A stretch of 64,000 nt of DNA from Dehalococcoidia bacterium (GCA_965248975.1 CBDFKU010000015.1:16916-80915); one strand, 5' to 3'; shown: positions 43,606 to 54,021, numbered from the stretch's first letter. A program made the numbers and translations. Notes: generated from the sequence alone by a model not told the origin.

Positions 43606-43743
43606 AAGGCCATTATATACTCTGGACCGGCCCCTATCCTCCCTTGATCGATACTCCCTTACCGCTGATGTTCAATTCCAGCGGTCTCTGCTACAATCGT
43701 TCTCTGTAACTTGGGCACTGTCAGCACTCCAGGAGGTGGGCCT

Positions 43744-45078
43744 ATGCCCTCTAACGCAGACCTGAAGGCTAGGGTAAACTCAGAGATCGATTCCCGGGCC
43801 GAAGAGATCGTCCGCATCAGCAAGACCATCCTGGATAACCCGGAGCCGGGATTCCGGGAGGAGAAAACCTCCAGACTGGTCTCGTCGAAGCTTCGGGAGA
43901 TGGGGGTCTCCTTCAAAGATGGCATCGGCCTCACAGGGATCAAGGGAGAGCTGAAGGGCGGCGGTCCCGGCCCTTCGGTGGCCGTTATCGGAGAGCTGGA
44001 CTCCCTCATAGTCCGAGACCACCCCCTTGCCGACGCCAACACCGGCGCCGCCCATGCCTGCGGACACCACGCGCAGATCGGTATGATGCTGGGCGCTGCC
44101 ACAGGCCTAATGGCCGAAGGCGTCCTGGGCTCGCTGGCCGGCCGGGTTGTGCTCATCGCGGTCCCCGCGGAAGAGTACATCGAGGTGGAGTACCGCGACG
44201 GCCTGCGACGCCAGGGCAAGATCGAGTTCCTGGGCGGAAAGCCCGAGTTCGTCAGGCTGGGAGAGCTGGACGATGTAGACCTGGCCATGATGTGCCACAC
44301 CACCAGCATCCCTGAGGAAAAGAAGATCTCCATGAGCAGCACCAATAACGGCATCGTGGCCAAGGTGATACAGTTTATAGGCCGGGGTGCTCACGCCGGC
44401 GGCGCTCCCCACCTGGGCATCAACGCCCTCAATGCCGCCTCCCTCGCCCTGATGGCCATCCACGCCAATCGGGAGACCTTCCGGGACGACGACACCATCC
44501 GAGTGCATCCCATCATCACCAAGGGCGGCGAGGCGGTCAGCGCCATTCCCGCCGACGTGCGGATGGAGACCTTCGTGCGTGGCAAGACCCTGGAAGCGGT
44601 TATGGACGCCAACCGCAAGGTGGATAGGGCGCTGAAAGCCGGGGCCATGGCCGTGGGTGCCAAGGTCAACATCCAGACCATGCCCGGATATCTGCCCTTG
44701 CGGCAATCTGGTGCGCTTGCGGATGTCTTCCGCGCCAACGCCGTCAATCTGGTGGGCGAGGAGAACGTGGGCCAAACGGGCCATCGCACCGGCTCCACGG
44801 ACATGGGGGACGTCAGCCAGCTGATGCCGGCGATACATCCCTATGTCGGCGGTGCAACGGGCCTGGGCCACGGCTCCGACTACGTGGTCCAGGACTACGA
44901 GCTGGCGGTGGTTACTGCGGCCAAGACACTAGCGGGGACCGTCATCGACCTCCTGGCCGACGGCGCCGGCGAGGCGGGGCGTATCGTCTCGGCCCACAAG
45001 CCGGCCATGACCAAGACCGACTACCTGAGCTTCATGCGGGGCCTGGCTACGGAAGACCTGTACGAGTTCGAGGATTAA
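43744..45078 (+). CDS. M20-family metallo-amidohydrolase (AbgB/aminobenzoyl-glutamate-utilisation-like), paralog 1
   Basis: AGGAGGTG SD before ATG 43744. AAHACGHHAQIG and GSTDMGDVS motifs. Confidence 0.8.
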   Translation: MPSNADLKARVNSEIDSRAEEIVRISKTILDNPEPGFREEKTSRLVSSKLREMGVSFKDGIGLTGIKGELKGGGPGPSVAVIGELDSLIVRDHPLADANTGAAHACGHHAQIGMMLGAATGLMAEGVLGSLAGRVVLIAVPAEEYIEVEYRDGLRRQGKIEFLGGKPEFVRLGELDDVDLAMMCHTTSIPEEKKISMSSTNNGIVAKVIQFIGRGAHAGGAPHLGINALNAASLALMAIHANRETFRDDDTIRVHPIITKGGEAVSAIPADVRMETFVRGKTLEAVMDANRKVDRALKAGAMAVGAKVNIQTMPGYLPLRQSGALADVFRANAVNLVGEENVGQTGHRTGSTDMGDVSQLMPAIHPYVGGATGLGHGSDYVVQDYELAVVTAAKTLAGTVIDLLADGAGEAGRIVSAHKPAMTKTDYLSFMRGLATEDLYEFED

Positions 45079-45089
45079 CGAGGGCCGGG

Positions 45090-46439
45090 ATGCCCGATAA
45101 GGAAGACCTGAAGCGCTGGGCCTGCGACGCCATCGACAGGCGGAAGTCCCAGGTCATCGATGTCTCCAGGGATATCCTGAACCACCCCGAGACGGGTTTC
45201 AACGAGCACCTGACGGCCCAGGTGGTGGCTGACGCCTTCAGCGACCTCGAGATTCCCCACCGCACAGGGTTGGCCATCACGGGGGTTAAGGGAGCCCTTC
45301 AGGGTGCCGCCGGTCCCGGGCCACGGGTAGCCGTCATTGGGGAGCTGGATTCCCTGGTGGTAAACCAGCATCCCCAGGCCGACGCCTGCACCGGGGCTGC
45401 CCACGCTTGCGGCCACAATGCTCAGATAGGCATGATGCTGGGAGCGATCATAGGCCTGAGCGACCAGCGTGTCCTCTCTCACCTCTCGGGCTGGGTCATC
45501 CCCTTCGCGGTTCCCGCCGAGGAGTTCGTGGAGGTGGAAGACCGGCTGGCCCTCCGAGAGGCAGGTAAGCTGGAGTTTCTGGGAGGAAAGCAGGAGCTAA
45601 TACGCCTGGGGGAGTTCGACGACGTGGACATGGCAATGTTGTGCCACACCGCCAGCGAGATGGGTGACCGGATGTTCTCGGTCGGTGGAAGCAGCAACGG
45701 GCACATGGTGAAGTTCGTCGAGTATACCGGCCGTGGTGCCCACGCCGGCTCGTCGCCACACCTGGGAATAAACGCCCTCAACGCCGCCAACCTCGCCATG
45801 GCGGGGATCCATGCCAACCGGGAGGTTTTCAGGGAAAAGGAGACCGTCAGGGTCCACGGCATCGTCAACCGTGGCGGGGAAGTGGTCAACGCAGTGCCCT
45901 CCGACGTCCGGCTGGAGTGGAGGGTCCGATCGTCTGCGCCGGAAGACCTGGAGAAGAACAACAAGCTGGCGGACCGGTCCTTCAAGGCGGGGGCCCTGGC
46001 CGTTGGCGCAACGGTAAAGATCACCAGCATTCCCGGCTATTTTCCCCTCCGCCACGACGCCATCCTGCAGGAGCTGTTCCTGACCAACGCTTCGCGCCTC
46101 CTGGGTGGGGAGCGCGTGCTGGTGGTCTCCGGAGACAGAAACCGGGGCGGCTCGACTGACATGGGGGATCTGAGCCAGATCATGCCGGTGTGTCATCCCT
46201 ACACCAGCGGATCCACCGGGGCGGGCCACAGCAAGGAATATTTCATCAAGGACTACGAGCAGGCCGTCGTGAATCCCGCCAAGATCATGGCGATGGTGGT
46301 GATCGACCTGCTGGCCGACGGCGGCGCCAAGGCCAGGGAGGTCTTGGCCGGCACATTACCTCTGATGACAAGGGACGAGTACGTGGCCCTTCAGCGTCGG
46401 CGGGCCAAGGTCGAGGTGTTCGACGGTTCTAAGCTGTGA
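45090..46439 (+). CDS. M20-family metallo-amidohydrolase, paralog 2
   Basis: 449 aa, colinear with 43744-45078 (AAHACGHNAQIG, GSTDMGDLS). Confidence 0.8.
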   Translation: MPDKEDLKRWACDAIDRRKSQVIDVSRDILNHPETGFNEHLTAQVVADAFSDLEIPHRTGLAITGVKGALQGAAGPGPRVAVIGELDSLVVNQHPQADACTGAAHACGHNAQIGMMLGAIIGLSDQRVLSHLSGWVIPFAVPAEEFVEVEDRLALREAGKLEFLGGKQELIRLGEFDDVDMAMLCHTASEMGDRMFSVGGSSNGHMVKFVEYTGRGAHAGSSPHLGINALNAANLAMAGIHANREVFREKETVRVHGIVNRGGEVVNAVPSDVRLEWRVRSSAPEDLEKNNKLADRSFKAGALAVGATVKITSIPGYFPLRHDAILQELFLTNASRLLGGERVLVVSGDRNRGGSTDMGDLSQIMPVCHPYTSGSTGAGHSKEYFIKDYEQAVVNPAKIMAMVVIDLLADGGAKAREVLAGTLPLMTRDEYVALQRRRAKVEVFDGSKL

Positions 46440-46456
46440 GAGCATCTTAGCCGCGG

Positions 46457-47080
46457 TCAAACACCCGTCGCAGTCATGGCAGCTCCCGCAACCAAGGGAA
46501 TAGCCAGGTTGTCGTCCAGGACGAATGGGACCAGCTCCACCAGCGCTGCCACAGCCGCGCCTACCACAATCCCCCAGTGATACGAAACCGCTCCCGTGCC
46601 CGACAGAACACCGGCTACCGCCATGGACACCCCGAAAAAGGCCAGGGAGCCCCAGGGCGACTTGCCAGCCAGTCTGACCCCGCCCATCCTGCTGCCAACC
46701 AGCGCCGCCGCAGGGTCCCCCAGGGACAGAAAAAAGAGGGCGACGATGGCTACTTCCTTGTCGAAGACCAGGAAGGCAACCAGTGCTGAGATGGCGATGT
46801 AGGTCGCTCCGGTGAGCCTGCGGTCCTCCACATCTTTCAGGAGGGGCCGGAGTCTCTTGACCAGGACGCTATTGAGCCGGGGAAGCCGCAGCCTGACCGC
46901 CTCGACGGTCAGGGCAAGACCGCACAGGACGGCCATTAGGGCCACCATCACTGGTGAGTTTATGAAAATGGCCAGGAGGGGAATGGAGCTGCCGGCCGCC
47001 AGGTGGAAGAGCCTTCGCCAGACGGGAGGTGCCGCCGGTACCGAGGCAGGCAGTCCCAGAGGAATCCGGGACTCAGACAA
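46457..47080 (-). CDS. polytopic membrane protein, dolichol/phytol kinase or CDP-alcohol (CTP_transf_1)-like family
   Basis: 207 aa, ~6 TM. RRLTGATYIAIS...LSLGDPAAALVG pattern resembles polyprenol/diacylglycerol kinase-like proteins. TTG start. Confidence 0.45.
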   Translation of the reverse strand: MSESRIPLGLPASVPAAPPVWRRLFHLAAGSSIPLLAIFINSPVMVALMAVLCGLALTVEAVRLRLPRLNSVLVKRLRPLLKDVEDRRLTGATYIAISALVAFLVFDKEVAIVALFFLSLGDPAAALVGSRMGGVRLAGKSPWGSLAFFGVSMAVAGVLSGTGAVSYHWGIVVGAAVAALVELVPFVLDDNLAIPLVAGAAMTATGV

Positions 47081-47145
47081 GCGACGGCCATACCTTTAGA
47101 GAGCTACGAGGCAGTGAACTATAGCGTGGGATCCCGCCACCGCCT

Positions 47146-48225
47146 TCAGTTGCTGCTTATGTAAACCGAGTCTCCGGCTTCCCATCGCAACGCCCGGTGC
47201 TCCGTGCCCTTGGGCACCTCGAACACCACCCAGCCCTGCACCGAGTGATCCTGGAGAAGACCCGAACGCGTTTCACCCGTCGCCGTGGGTGTGTGGATCG
47301 GACCCCAGAGAAAGGGCACCAGGGTGTTTTCCGTGGGATGGGTCCCCTGGACGACCTTTACGTTCGCCTCATTCTCGGGCCGCAGGCTTATTGGTTTGTA
47401 AACATCGTTGGTTCCGAAGACGATCAGCTCGGCGGCTTCCTCGTCGATTGTCATTATTGCGGAGGTTGATTCGGCATTGTGTACCAGGATGTTCATCGCG
47501 ATCAACTCGCTTCCGCTATTGGAGGGGGCGATCAGGTAGTGGTTCTGGTCGATATCGACGGTGAGATCGTCGCCCGCCTTCCAGTCCAGCGCCCTGGGAC
47601 CAAGCTCTTTGGGCACCTCGAACACCACCGATCCTGCCAATGAGCTGGTAGGAGGCAAAAGAATCGGGCCGCCTGTAAAAGCGGACACAGTCAGAACATT
47701 AGGGTCCTCTTGGTCCTGGGATTCAGGTACCATACTTATGTTGTCGACATTTCCAGGGCTAAGATCCAGAGCGCTAATCAATTGGTTGTCACCGATTCCC
47801 TTTAGCACCGGACTGTCCTCGCCTACTGCAACCGAGACGTCCCCTGTGCTTAGATTGCTCAAGTTAACACTTATCACAACCAATTCATTTTCCACATTTG
47901 ACGGCACCGCAGAGAATTTACTCAGGTCGGGTAATCGATACCGCACCTCTGGCACCCTCTGTATATCCACAAGATCTACTCGGAGTATCTCCCCGGAGGC
48001 GCTGTTGAGCCCGGTCGCCTGGTATCTTATCTCCTGCAACGTCTGGATGTCGTCTATCCGGACGATCAGGGTCTGCCCCTTACGGGCCACGCCGATAGGG
48101 ACCTGTTCACCGCCATCGGAGCAGGCCAGCGGTACCAGGGGGAACAAAATGAGCATCGACAATAGGAGGGCTTTCCTGTATCGACGCAGGCCATATAGTG
48201 TTTTGATGCGAAGTAGGTTTACCAT
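47146..48225 (-). CDS. lipoprotein with two DUF4352-like Ig-fold repeats
   Basis: MVNLLRIK...LILFPLVPLAC lipobox (L-A-C). Two repeats end GSVVFEVPKELGPRALDWKAGDD and GWVVFEVPKGTEHRALRWEAGDS. The track ORF start 48429 overlaps nifS. Confidence 0.65.
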   Translation of the reverse strand: MVNLLRIKTLYGLRRYRKALLLSMLILFPLVPLACSDGGEQVPIGVARKGQTLIVRIDDIQTLQEIRYQATGLNSASGEILRVDLVDIQRVPEVRYRLPDLSKFSAVPSNVENELVVISVNLSNLSTGDVSVAVGEDSPVLKGIGDNQLISALDLSPGNVDNISMVPESQDQEDPNVLTVSAFTGGPILLPPTSSLAGSVVFEVPKELGPRALDWKAGDDLTVDIDQNHYLIAPSNSGSELIAMNILVHNAESTSAIMTIDEEAAELIVFGTNDVYKPISLRPENEANVKVVQGTHPTENTLVPFLWGPIHTPTATGETRSGLLQDHSVQGWVVFEVPKGTEHRALRWEAGDSVYISSN

Positions 48226-48233
48226 ACAGTCCT

Positions 48234-49430
48234 CTACGGATTTGTTGGAGTAAGGGAAGGCATCTCTCTCAGCCGCCCGACCATCTCTACCACGACAGAG
48301 AGGAGGTAGTCGACCTCCTCCTCTGTGTTGTCCCTGCCCAGAGTCAGACGCAGACTGCCTCTGGCCAGGTCTGCCGATTGACCCAGGGCCAGCAGAACGT
48401 GGGAGGGCTCCAGGGACCCCGAGCTGCACGCGCTGCCGCTGGAGGCGGCTATGCCAGCCATGTCCAGGCCCAGAAGAATGGACTCCCCCTCCACGTCCTC
48501 GAAGGAGAAGTTCACGTTGTTGGGCAGGCGTAACACGGTGTGCCCGTTCAGATGGGCGCGGGGTACCTTTTGCCCTATCCCCTGGATGAGCCTGTCCCTG
48601 AGGCGGAGGCAGTGCTCGCTGACGCTCTCTCGCGACGAATCCGCCATCTCCATGGCCATCGCCGCGCCAACTATGCCTGGCACGTTCTCGGTACCAGACC
48701 GGCGCTCCCGCTCCTGGCCACCGCCCAGCTGCTGGGTCAGGTATGGTGTCCCACGGCGCACGTAAAGCACGCCTACACCCTTGGGGCCATGAAACTTGTG
48801 CGCCGAAAGGCTGAGCATGTCGACATCCAGCTGCCGGACATTCAGGTCCAGGAAACCGGCGGCCTGGACCGCGTCGGTGTGCACAACGATGGTCCGGTCC
48901 ATGGCCGCGGCCCGCTCCTTGACCCGTCGTGCTATTTCGGCAACGGGCTCGATGGTCCCGACCTCGTTGTTGGCGTACATTATGCTCACGATGATTGTCC
49001 GGTCGGTGACGGCACGGGCGACATCGTCGGGGTCCAGGGTTCCGTAGCTATCCACCGGCAGGTAGGTCACATCGAAACCCAGGCTTTCCAGGTACTGGCA
49101 TGTATGGAGGACCGCATGGTGCTCTACGCTGGAGGTGATTATGTGGTTACCGGTCTCCCTGAGTGCCGCGGCCGCTCCCTTGATCGCGGCGTTGTCGGAT
49201 TCGGTGCCGCCGCTGGTGAAGACGACCTCGCTGGTTCGGCAGCCCAGAACCTGGGCCACAGTCTCTCTGGCGTCGTCAAGGGCCCGCCTGGCTTCCTGAC
49301 CGATGGAGTGGATGCTGGAAGGATTCCCAAAGTCCTTGGAGAAGTAGGGCATCATCGCCGCCAGCACCCGAGAGTCCAGCGGCGTAGTGCCGGCATGATC
49401 CATATAGATGAACCCGTTGGCCGAGTCCAT
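48234..49430 (-). CDS. nifS: cysteine desulfurase (NifS/IscS family, PLP-dependent)
   Basis: [13 protein letters not shown]-Lys [10 protein letters not shown], active-site loop SSGSACSS. Start is taken at MDSANGF (49430). An upstream ATG near 49506 is possible. Confidence 0.88.
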   Translation of the reverse strand: MDSANGFIYMDHAGTTPLDSRVLAAMMPYFSKDFGNPSSIHSIGQEARRALDDARETVAQVLGCRTSEVVFTSGGTESDNAAIKGAAAALRETGNHIITSSVEHHAVLHTCQYLESLGFDVTYLPVDSYGTLDPDDVARAVTDRTIIVSIMYANNEVGTIEPVAEIARRVKERAAAMDRTIVVHTDAVQAAGFLDLNVRQLDVDMLSLSAHKFHGPKGVGVLYVRRGTPYLTQQLGGGQERERRSGTENVPGIVGAAMAMEMADSSRESVSEHCLRLRDRLIQGIGQKVPRAHLNGHTVLRLPNNVNFSFEDVEGESILLGLDMAGIAASSGSACSSGSLEPSHVLLALGQSADLARGSLRLTLGRDNTEEEVDYLLSVVVEMVGRLREMPSLTPTNP

Positions 49431-49551
49431 GGGCAAGGCTTCGCTCCTGTCGCTGTCCTCTGCGATCGATGTCCCCCCGGTTGAGGTATGAACGTATTTT
49501 AGCATAAGGGAAATTGTGGGTGGAACAGCATGGCATTGTTCATCGAAACTG

Positions 49552-50682
49552 TTAGGCGCCTGCCGCCGAGTGGGCTTTAGCGAAACGCCGCATGTTGTCC
49601 CGGACGATGAAGCCCTGCAGGAACGCGCCATCACTGACCGCAACGGCCTCGACGCCATCGCCATCCAGCAGATCCATAACGTTGTTGGCCGCTTCCTCGG
49701 GACCTACTGAAGCCAGCTTGGTCAGCGGCTCCATGACTGATCCCGTGGTTGTCTCCGCCCATCGAGCCTTGGGTATCCGGTCGATAGCCTGGCGGGTGAC
49801 CACTCCCAGCGGACTCCCGGCCCAGGTAACCACCGCGAAATCTCTCCCTGACGGACCGATGTGGTCATCCACCAGCCGATCCAGGGTGGCGTCGGCGAAC
49901 ACGACCGGCCAGCCGGTGGTCATCAGGTCCCGAGCGGTGTAGTCTCGCAGCCCCTCCCTCTGGCGCAGCTGTCGGAAGGCGGCCGATGCGGCAAGATAGA
50001 GGAATATGCCCACGGCTACCAGCCAGACCCAACGAAGCCCTGGACCGCTTCCCAGAACCGCCAGGGCGATTCCGCCGGCGATCATCGACGTAGCGATGAT
50101 CTGTCCACCGATGGCGGCTATCCGTGTCGCCGACCAGTAATTTCCGGTCACGCCCCATGTCACGGCCCGCACCATACGACCACCGTCCATTGGAAAGCAG
50201 GGCAGGAGGTTAAAGGCCCCTACCATCACTATATTGGCGACCCCCAGTATCCAGGCACTGGCTGAAAGGTGCTGGCTGACGCCCTCCAGTGCCACACCCA
50301 GGCCGACGAAAATGAGGCCCAGGAGGATGCTGGAAAGGGGCCCCACCAGCGCTACGATGAAATCCGTGGAGGGCCGGGGTGACTCCCTCGCCAGGTGGGA
50401 AACTCCGCCCAGGATGAAGAGGGTGATCCCGTGCACCTTTACACCACTCCGCATGGCCACCAGGCTGTGGGACAGCTCGTGGACCAGCACTGTCACGAAA
50501 AGCATTAGGCTGGTGCCCAGGGCCAGGACCCATCTCTCCTCGGCCGACCACGAGCTGAAGCTCCTGTCCCGGCCGAAGTAGCCCTCGAGGATGAAAGCGA
50601 ACAGGAGGAATACTATGAACCAGCTAAAGTGCAGGCTCACCGGTACGCCCAGTATTTTCCCCAGTTTCAGGGACGTTCCCAT
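49552..50682 (-). CDS. site-2 protease (M50) family zinc metalloprotease with C-terminal CBS pair
   Basis: 376 aa. HELSHSLVA HExxH in TM context, then a CBS-like C-terminal half. Confidence 0.85.
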   Translation of the reverse strand: MGTSLKLGKILGVPVSLHFSWFIVFLLFAFILEGYFGRDRSFSSWSAEERWVLALGTSLMLFVTVLVHELSHSLVAMRSGVKVHGITLFILGGVSHLARESPRPSTDFIVALVGPLSSILLGLIFVGLGVALEGVSQHLSASAWILGVANIVMVGAFNLLPCFPMDGGRMVRAVTWGVTGNYWSATRIAAIGGQIIATSMIAGGIALAVLGSGPGLRWVWLVAVGIFLYLAASAAFRQLRQREGLRDYTARDLMTTGWPVVFADATLDRLVDDHIGPSGRDFAVVTWAGSPLGVVTRQAIDRIPKARWAETTTGSVMEPLTKLASVGPEEAANNVMDLLDGDGVEAVAVSDGAFLQGFIVRDNMRRFAKAHSAAGA

Positions 50683-50698
50683 GGTCTCCTAAACATTA

Positions 50699-51676
50699 CT
50701 ACACCGGCCACTGACCGCCCTCAGGCGCCGCCAATGGGCTCACCCGCCCGTCCGAGCGTTCACCCGTGCCAGGAGTCGGCAGGAGAGTCGAGTAAGCCAC
50801 CAGCTTGTAAACTAGCTTCGCCGCCGTATAAGCGCAGGCAACGGGACCCTGGGACGGGCTCAGCTCGGTCACGTCGAAACCCACTATCCGCCTCTCTTCG
50901 GCCACCGCCCGCAGAAGCGAGGTCACCTGATACCAGTCCATTCCACCAGGCTCGGGCGTGCCGACGGCAGCCATGATGGCGGGGTCAAGGACGTCCAGGT
51001 CGATACTCACGTAGACATTCTTCGATAGCAGGCCAATTACATCACTTGTACGAAGGGGGCCAAACGCCGGATTTACCCCGTCCCCGGCCGGCGGCGGCCA
51101 AAAGAAGGTGCTGACCTTCCCAGCCCGGATGTATTCACTCTCGTCCTGGCTCAGGCAGCGCACGCCGACCTGAACCACGGGGCAGATCTCGGAGACCCTC
51201 CGAGCCGCCGAAGCGTGTCCCCAAGGTGTGCCCATGTACTCGTCCCTGAGGTCGGCGTGGGCGTCCAGGTACAGGACGGACAGGTCGGGGTAGCGCTCCA
51301 CCAGCGCCCTCACGTGGCCGACGCTCACCGAGTGTTCGCCACCCAGCAAGGCCACCAGCTTGCCTGCTGCAATGAAGGTCTGGACCGCCTCGTAGACCCG
51401 GTCGATCATCCGGCTGGGACCGGCCATATGGGCCTCCAGCCAGGGGGTGGTATGGATCCCCACCTCAGCCACGTCGGCGTCCAGCTCCGGGTCGTAGTCC
51501 TCCAGGTTGGCGGAGGCGTCGATGATGGCCCGAGGCCCCTCTCGGGCACCACTCTTGTAAGAGGTGGTGCTGTCGTACGGTACCGGTAGGACCACAACCC
51601 TGGCGCTGTCCAGCCGGCTCTGCTCATCGGGTAAAGCCAGGAAGTTAAAGGGGACCCAGGGAGAGCCTTCTCCCAT
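50699..51676 (-). CDS. speB: agmatinase (ureohydrolase/arginase family)
   Basis: 325 aa. GGEHSVS, LDAHADLRDEY, SIDLDVLDP Mn-binding motifs. Confidence 0.85.
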   Translation of the reverse strand: MGEGSPWVPFNFLALPDEQSRLDSARVVVLPVPYDSTTSYKSGAREGPRAIIDASANLEDYDPELDADVAEVGIHTTPWLEAHMAGPSRMIDRVYEAVQTFIAAGKLVALLGGEHSVSVGHVRALVERYPDLSVLYLDAHADLRDEYMGTPWGHASAARRVSEICPVVQVGVRCLSQDESEYIRAGKVSTFFWPPPAGDGVNPAFGPLRTSDVIGLLSKNVYVSIDLDVLDPAIMAAVGTPEPGGMDWYQVTSLLRAVAEERRIVGFDVTELSPSQGPVACAYTAAKLVYKLVAYSTLLPTPGTGERSDGRVSPLAAPEGGQWPV

Positions 51677-51739
51677 CTGGCTACCGCGTCCACATTTTCG
51701 TGGAGGTCACTCGGCAGGCTTCTACCGGTCTCGGTACCC

Positions 51740-52141
51740 TCACCCTGAGGGCCCCGCCGACCCTTGAAGCGTGGGTACCTGCCGGTTCTCCAGATGGTCC
51801 AGTCCACGGTCCAGCAGCCAGATCCTGACCTCTTTCAGGGAGAAGAGCTTCTTCACGTCCTCCAGAGCGCGCTGGTTGTCGAAGTTCTTGCAGGAGAACA
51901 CGTCTACGTTCAGGTAGTCGCGGTGGGGAAAGGTATGAATGCTGATATGGCTCTCGGCGATGACCACAAACCCGGATACCCCCGAGTCCTCATCTTTGGG
52001 TCCGTTGTATGTAAAGGCCTGAGCCTCGGAGATCCTGTTCATTCCCAATGTGGACGGATATTCCTCTAAAAAACCGCGTACCAACTCCACGTCCCACATC
52101 TTGGCCAGGTCTCCTCCGTATCCATCTATGAGCAGATGCAT
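51740..52141 (-). CDS. speH: S-adenosylmethionine decarboxylase proenzyme (small pyruvoyl SpeH type)
   Basis: 133 aa from MHLLIDGYGG. Self-cleavage motif VIAESHISIHTFP. The 415-aa track ORF is an antisense extension over the ABC gene. Confidence 0.85.
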   Translation of the reverse strand: MHLLIDGYGGDLAKMWDVELVRGFLEEYPSTLGMNRISEAQAFTYNGPKDEDSGVSGFVVIAESHISIHTFPHRDYLNVDVFSCKNFDNQRALEDVKKLFSLKEVRIWLLDRGLDHLENRQVPTLQGSAGPSG

Positions 52142-52309
52142 CCCGGTCTCTCTCCCTCCTGGGGTAGACTTTAATGCCCGAACTGGGGCCCCGAGTCCCT
52201 TGGCAAACAGTAGTATATAGAATATCATCCTTGGAGATATTACAATGGTTAAGTATAAAGCTTGCGAGCCCATAAGGCTACGCCCTTGGACGGAAGGGAA
52301 GGAAACTCC

Positions 52310-53260
52310 ATGGCGGGCATGATAGAAGCAAAGGAGCTTACAAAGTTCTACGGCGACTATTCGGCCATCGAAAACGTGTCCTTCGAAGTAAGGAAGGGCG
52401 AGATCCTGGGCTTTCTCGGGCCCAACGCCGCCGGAAAGACAACCACCATGCGAATCCTCACCGGCTTCATGCCCCCAAGCGCCGGCACCGCCACCGTTGC
52501 GGGCTACGACGTTATGGACAAGTCGCGGGAAGCCCGGAAGCAGATAGGGTACCTTCCCGAAACAGTGCCCCTCTATACCGACATGACCGTGGAGGGCTAT
52601 CTCGGCTTCATGGGCACCCTGCGGAGCATGAATCCGAAGCGGATCAAGGTCCGTACGAGAGAAGTGATTGACATATGCCGTCTTGGGGACTATCGCAAGA
52701 CCATCATAGGCAAACTGTCGAAGGGGTTTCGTCAGAGGGTGGGGATAGCGCAGGCAATCATCCATGAACCAACGGTGCTGGTGCTGGACGAGCCTACCAT
52801 AGGCATCGACCCGATCCAGGTGGTGGGCACCAGAAACCTCATCAAGGATCTGGGCAAAGAGCACACCATCATCCTGAGCACTCACATTCTGCCCGAGGTC
52901 AGCATGGTCTGCCAGCGGGTCCTCATCATCAACGAGGGCCAGATCATGGCGGAGGACAGCCCACGAAACCTGGCCGAAAGGCTTCAAGGAGTCGAGAAAG
53001 TCCAGCTGGAAGTCCGCGGGCCGGACCCGGAAGTCACCAAGGCCCTCAAGAGCGTCAGGGGCGTGCTAAACGTGACCTCGTCCCCCGAAGGAGATAGAAC
53101 CGTCTACACCGTGGAAGCCAAGCGAGGCCTCGACCTCAGGAGCACGATATCCCGGGTGGTGATCAGTAACGGCTGGAACCTCCTGACCATCCAGTTGGTG
53201 GGCATGAGCCTCGAAGAGATATTCCTGAAGCTGACCACGGACGAGGAGCTGCCGGAGTGA
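52310..53260 (+). CDS. ABC transporter ATP-binding protein (GldA-like, ABC-2 type)
   Basis: Walker A GPNAAGKTTT, signature LSKGFRQR, Walker B VLVLDEPT. Confidence 0.9.
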   Translation: MAGMIEAKELTKFYGDYSAIENVSFEVRKGEILGFLGPNAAGKTTTMRILTGFMPPSAGTATVAGYDVMDKSREARKQIGYLPETVPLYTDMTVEGYLGFMGTLRSMNPKRIKVRTREVIDICRLGDYRKTIIGKLSKGFRQRVGIAQAIIHEPTVLVLDEPTIGIDPIQVVGTRNLIKDLGKEHTIILSTHILPEVSMVCQRVLIINEGQIMAEDSPRNLAERLQGVEKVQLEVRGPDPEVTKALKSVRGVLNVTSSPEGDRTVYTVEAKRGLDLRSTISRVVISNGWNLLTIQLVGMSLEEIFLKLTTDEELPE

Positions 53261-53359
53261 AGGTTGCTCTGGCCATAGCCTGGAGAAATATCCAGGGATA
53301 TTTCACAATGAGGGTTGCTCTGGCCATAGCCTGGAGGGAGATACAGGGATATTTCACCA
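53258..53359 (+). repeat. 51-bp tandem duplication spanning the ATPase-stop/permease-start junction
   Basis: 53258-53308 (TGAAGGTTGCTCTGGCCATAGCCTGGAGAAATATCCAGGGATATTTCACAA) versus 53309-53359 (TGAGGGTTGCTCTGGCCATAGCCTGGAGGGAGATACAGGGATATTTCACCA). Six mismatches by eye. Confidence 0.9.
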
Positions 53360-54021
53360 GCCCCATGGGATACATAGTGGCCCTGGTCTTCCTGGCCCTA
53401 ACGGGTATCTTCTTCGGCTTCAGCATCAGCGGGTCCTTCCAAGAGGCCAAAGTGGACGGTTTCATCGAGCCGGCAGCCTTCATCCTGGTGCTGCTAGCTC
53501 CTGCGATGACCATGCGGCTCATGGCAGAGGAGCAGAAGCTAGGCACGGTGGAGCTACTGCTGACGGCCCCCATCAGAGACTGGGAGGTTGTGCTGGGCAA
53601 GTTCATTGCCAGCCTGGTCTTCTTCATCGGTACGCTATCCCTCACCCTCTACTTCGTGTTGCTCCTTTACGTTTTCGGCGAGCCCGACTCCGGTCCGGTC
53701 TGGAGCGGGTACCTGGGCCTAATCCTGTACGGCGGAACGGCCCTTGCGGTCGGGCTGCTGGCATCTTCGTTGACCAGCAACCAGATCGTGGCCCTCGTGG
53801 TAGGGTTCGGGATACTCCTGGCACTTTCGGTGCTGGATCAGGCCTCCACTCTGGTGGACGGGGTCAGCTCTGACGTACTAAGCCATGCGAGCACTACCAG
53901 CCACCTGGGCGACTTCTATCGAGGAATAGTCGATACCAAGCACATTATCTATTACGTCACGGTGACCGCCGTTTTCCTCTTCTTGACGGTAAGGTCCCTG
54001 GAGTCACGACGCTGGAGGTAG
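53308..54021 (+). CDS. ABC-2 type transporter permease (GldF-like)
   Basis: MRVALAIAWREIQGYFTSPMGYIVA... with 6 TM. An alternative GTG 53257 (GTGA overlap with the ATPase stop) would add a duplicated 17-aa N-terminus. Confidence 0.8.
   Translation: MRVALAIAWREIQGYFTSPMGYIVALVFLALTGIFFGFSISGSFQEAKVDGFIEPAAFILVLLAPAMTMRLMAEEQKLGTVELLLTAPIRDWEVVLGKFIASLVFFIGTLSLTLYFVLLLYVFGEPDSGPVWSGYLGLILYGGTALAVGLLASSLTSNQIVALVVGFGILLALSVLDQASTLVDGVSSDVLSHASTTSHLGDFYRGIVDTKHIIYYVTVTAVFLFLTVRSLESRRWR

Noticed and set aside
51740-52987. 415-aa ORF extending speH
   Set aside because: Only the last 133 aa match the small pyruvoyl AdoMetDC. The remainder is antisense to the ABC ATPase gene, which has clear Walker motifs.
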